This document shows, piece by piece, positions 63,700 through 64,000 of a stretch of 64,000 nucleotides of DNA. The notes beneath the pieces were generated by a model. The model did not search any database, was not told the origin of the DNA, and worked only from the letters and a program-made list of their open reading frames with translations. Numbering within the stretch: the stretch's first letter is position 1; each line of letters begins with the position of its first letter. The DNA comes from Octopus bimaculoides (taxonomy: Eukaryota), in contig NC_068987.1 in NCBI RefSeq assembly GCF_001194135.2, forward strand, positions 184,879 through 248,878, written 5' to 3'. The translations under genes were made by a program, and so were the position numbers.

Positions 63700-63910
63700 T
63701 CATTATTATTTTCAGCACATCATTCTCTAATAAAATTTGGGAATTGAAGGAAAATAGTATCGATTTTAACCTTAAATGGGAAATCATCAGGAAGGCAGAA
63801 CCCTATAAAAATAGTAGATACGGCTGTGGACTGTGCTCTATGGAAATTTATAAAGTTTTTAAACTTAAGGATAATCCTAATCTAATTATTGTCATTATTC
63901 GTCTTCTTCT
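63700..63910 (+). mobile_element. Penelope-like element, C-terminal (GIY-YIG-associated) fragment
   Basis: STSFSNKIWELKENSIDFNLKWEIIRKAEPYKNSRYGCGLCSMEIY resembles the W..K....W.I...A..Y...C.LC..E end of PLE endonucleases. Confidence 0.65.
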
Positions 63911-64000
63911 TTGTTGATTTATATAAGTTATTGTTAGTAGGGGTGTATATATTGTTATTTGTTCCATTATATTTTGCGTGCTTTAGTATCAATTTGTGTT

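Overview
AT-rich, repeat-dense eukaryotic (metazoan) DNA with several N-gaps. The SINE and RTE repeats resemble those I associate with octopod cephalopods; that assignment is an inference. Five protein genes are supported. (1) BABAM1/MERIT40, 7 coding exons on the minus strand (16670 to 1085, 354 aa). (2, 3) Two tandem, intronless, intact caspase-fold ORFs on the minus strand (24412-25182, 26524-27255), both lacking the canonical catalytic His and Cys. (4) eIF3h, 6 coding exons on the plus strand (34508-45049, 331 aa). (5) An intronless CPES-type CDP-alcohol phosphotransferase on the plus strand (about 53448-54467). The rest is decayed RTE, CR1-like and Penelope-like retroelements, Tc1/mariner remnants, SINEs, MITEs and microsatellites. 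The most interesting candidate system is the prodomain-less pseudo-caspase pair. Other notable items are a minimal Penelope-type hammerhead ribozyme in an inverted-repeat-bounded element, foldback elements carrying telomeric repeats, an ORF1-only retroelement family, and a CPES homologue that could be the molluscan phosphonosphingolipid (CAEP) synthase. No CRISPR, rRNA or tRNA genes are supported. All exon and repeat coordinates were read by eye.
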